Positions 62,758 to 64,000 of a DNA stretch of 64,000 bases are shown here, one piece after another. The stretch is from contig OZ316775.1 of assembly GCA_973851085.1 (NCBI GenBank), forward strand, positions 17,236,001 to 17,300,000, written 5' to 3'. The notes below the pieces were generated by a model. That model had not been told where the DNA came from. It made no database searches and was given only the letters and a program-made list of their open reading frames with translations. Numbering within the stretch: position 1 is the stretch's first letter; each line of letters starts with the position of its first letter. The translations under genes and the position numbers were made by a program. This DNA is from Ptychomitrium polyphyllum. Lineage: Eukaryota.

Positions 62758-63882
62758 AGAGCTTCAAAACGCCTAACTTTGAGGTTTTGCACATATAGGT
62801 GCTTGGTTTGATGTTTTTGAGCTCTTGTAGGGTTGAAATTCCTTATATAGGAGGATTTCTTTGAATGTTGATAAGACCTTGATAGTATCTTTGTTGGATT
62901 TGAGCTCTCTATCACCAACTAATTGTGCTTGGTGTTGTTGTCTTCTGAGTTCTTTGACAAGAGTGCTTATTGAGTGGACATAGTGAGTTGAAAGGCTTGT
63001 CTTTGGATTCATAGCTGTGAAGACTTGTGAGAAGCACAGCAGTCAAGGAAATAGTTTGTTTGAAGATACACTTCTTACCTCTCTTCTTAAGGCATGGCTT
63101 CGAGTGAAGGTGAAGATTTGAGGCTCATTCAAAAGTTTCATGGTGAGAACTTCTACCAATGGAAGGTTAGGATGGAGCTCTCGTTGGCTCCTATGGACCT
63201 TTGGGACATTATAGATGAGAATGAGACTGCTCTGCCATTGTTGGTGGATGCAAAGGAGAAGAAAGAGTTCCAACGTCATGAGAAGAAGGCTTTTGGCATC
63301 CTTGCCACCAACCTTGATGATGCCAACTTCGCCCATATCATCTCTTACAAAGGATCAATAAAAGCACGGAAGACGCTTTGCAACATCTATGAGAGTAAGA
63401 ACCTCTCCAACATCATCTTCACAACAAAGAAGTTCTTGAACTATAAGATGGAAGAAGGGCATGACCTCATGGCGCATGTCAACAAATTGAAGGCCTTTGC
63501 AACGCAACTTGTCATTATGGATAAGCCATTAGAGGATTTGGATGTTGTGATTACATTGCTCATGAGCTTGCTGGAGTCCTAAAGCTATCTCATAGTGGCC
63601 TTAGAGTCCATTCCCATCAAGGACTTTACTATGGGCTATGTGACGACGGGATTGAGCCACAAAGAGACCAAGAGGAAGGAAAAGGCGACTTTAAGTGAGG
63701 ACTTGGCCATCTTCTCGAAGCAAGGCAAGGCCACCTACTCTAATCAATGTCCAAATTTTAGAATGTGCTTTGAATGTGAAAAAAACTAAGTCATTTTGCT
63801 CCAAATTGCTACAACACTAAGATAGGAGAGGAAGGATGCCAACCATGAGATGGACCACCTTGGAGGTGGTGATTGTGTTTCT
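62758..63882 (+). mobile_element. Fragment of the same copia family (partial leader plus gag pseudogene from 63094), lacking LTR and PBS
   Basis: MASSEGEDLRLIQKFHGENFYQWKVRMEL is closely similar to 28368-29036. The leader matches the reverse complement of about 29037-29375. Confidence 0.9.
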
Positions 63883-64000
63883 TCTCACGGACATGCATCA
63901 TACAACATAGTCCATAGAACATTCTAGAATCTTAAAGAACTTCCTAGGAGGTTCTACCTCTTTAGGAAACTTCCTAAGAAGGTTTTGCTATCTTAGGGAA
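63883..64000 (+). mobile_element. Start of another family A LTR, inserted in the copia fragment (runs off the window)
   Basis: TCTCACGGACATGCATCATACAACATAGTCC matches the LTR 5' end TGTCACGGACATAGATCATACAACATAGTCC (reverse complement ending at 10319). Confidence 0.85.

Overview
Eukaryotic nuclear DNA, most consistent with a moss of the Physcomitrium/Funariaceae type (inferred from intron style, gene set and retroelement types; no database check). About 1-33.2 kb is a nested LTR-retrotransposon block: several Ty3/gypsy families, mostly chromodomain-bearing, plus one young Ty1/copia, with target-site duplications (TSDs) that give the insertion order. About 34.9-45.9 kb is a gene island: an intronless ELIP (+), a 5-exon isochorismatase/nicotinamidase-family gene (+) and a 5-exon BAH-PHD EBS/SHL-like gene (-). 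About 46-57 kb is mostly very AT-rich decayed DNA with one higher-GC, possibly transcribed island (52.6-54.9 kb). About 57-64 kb holds a decayed MULE transposase, two solo LTRs and further nested retroelement fragments. I found no convincing new multi-gene system. The most interesting signals are mechanistic features of the retroelements: three different reverse-transcription priming modes (full tRNA-iMet, half tRNA-iMet, probable Tf1-like self-priming), a candidate -1 gag-pol frameshift, a perfect heat-shock element in an LTR, and telomere-like repeats with a TA terminus in the copia LTRs. Family letters A-E are my own labels.
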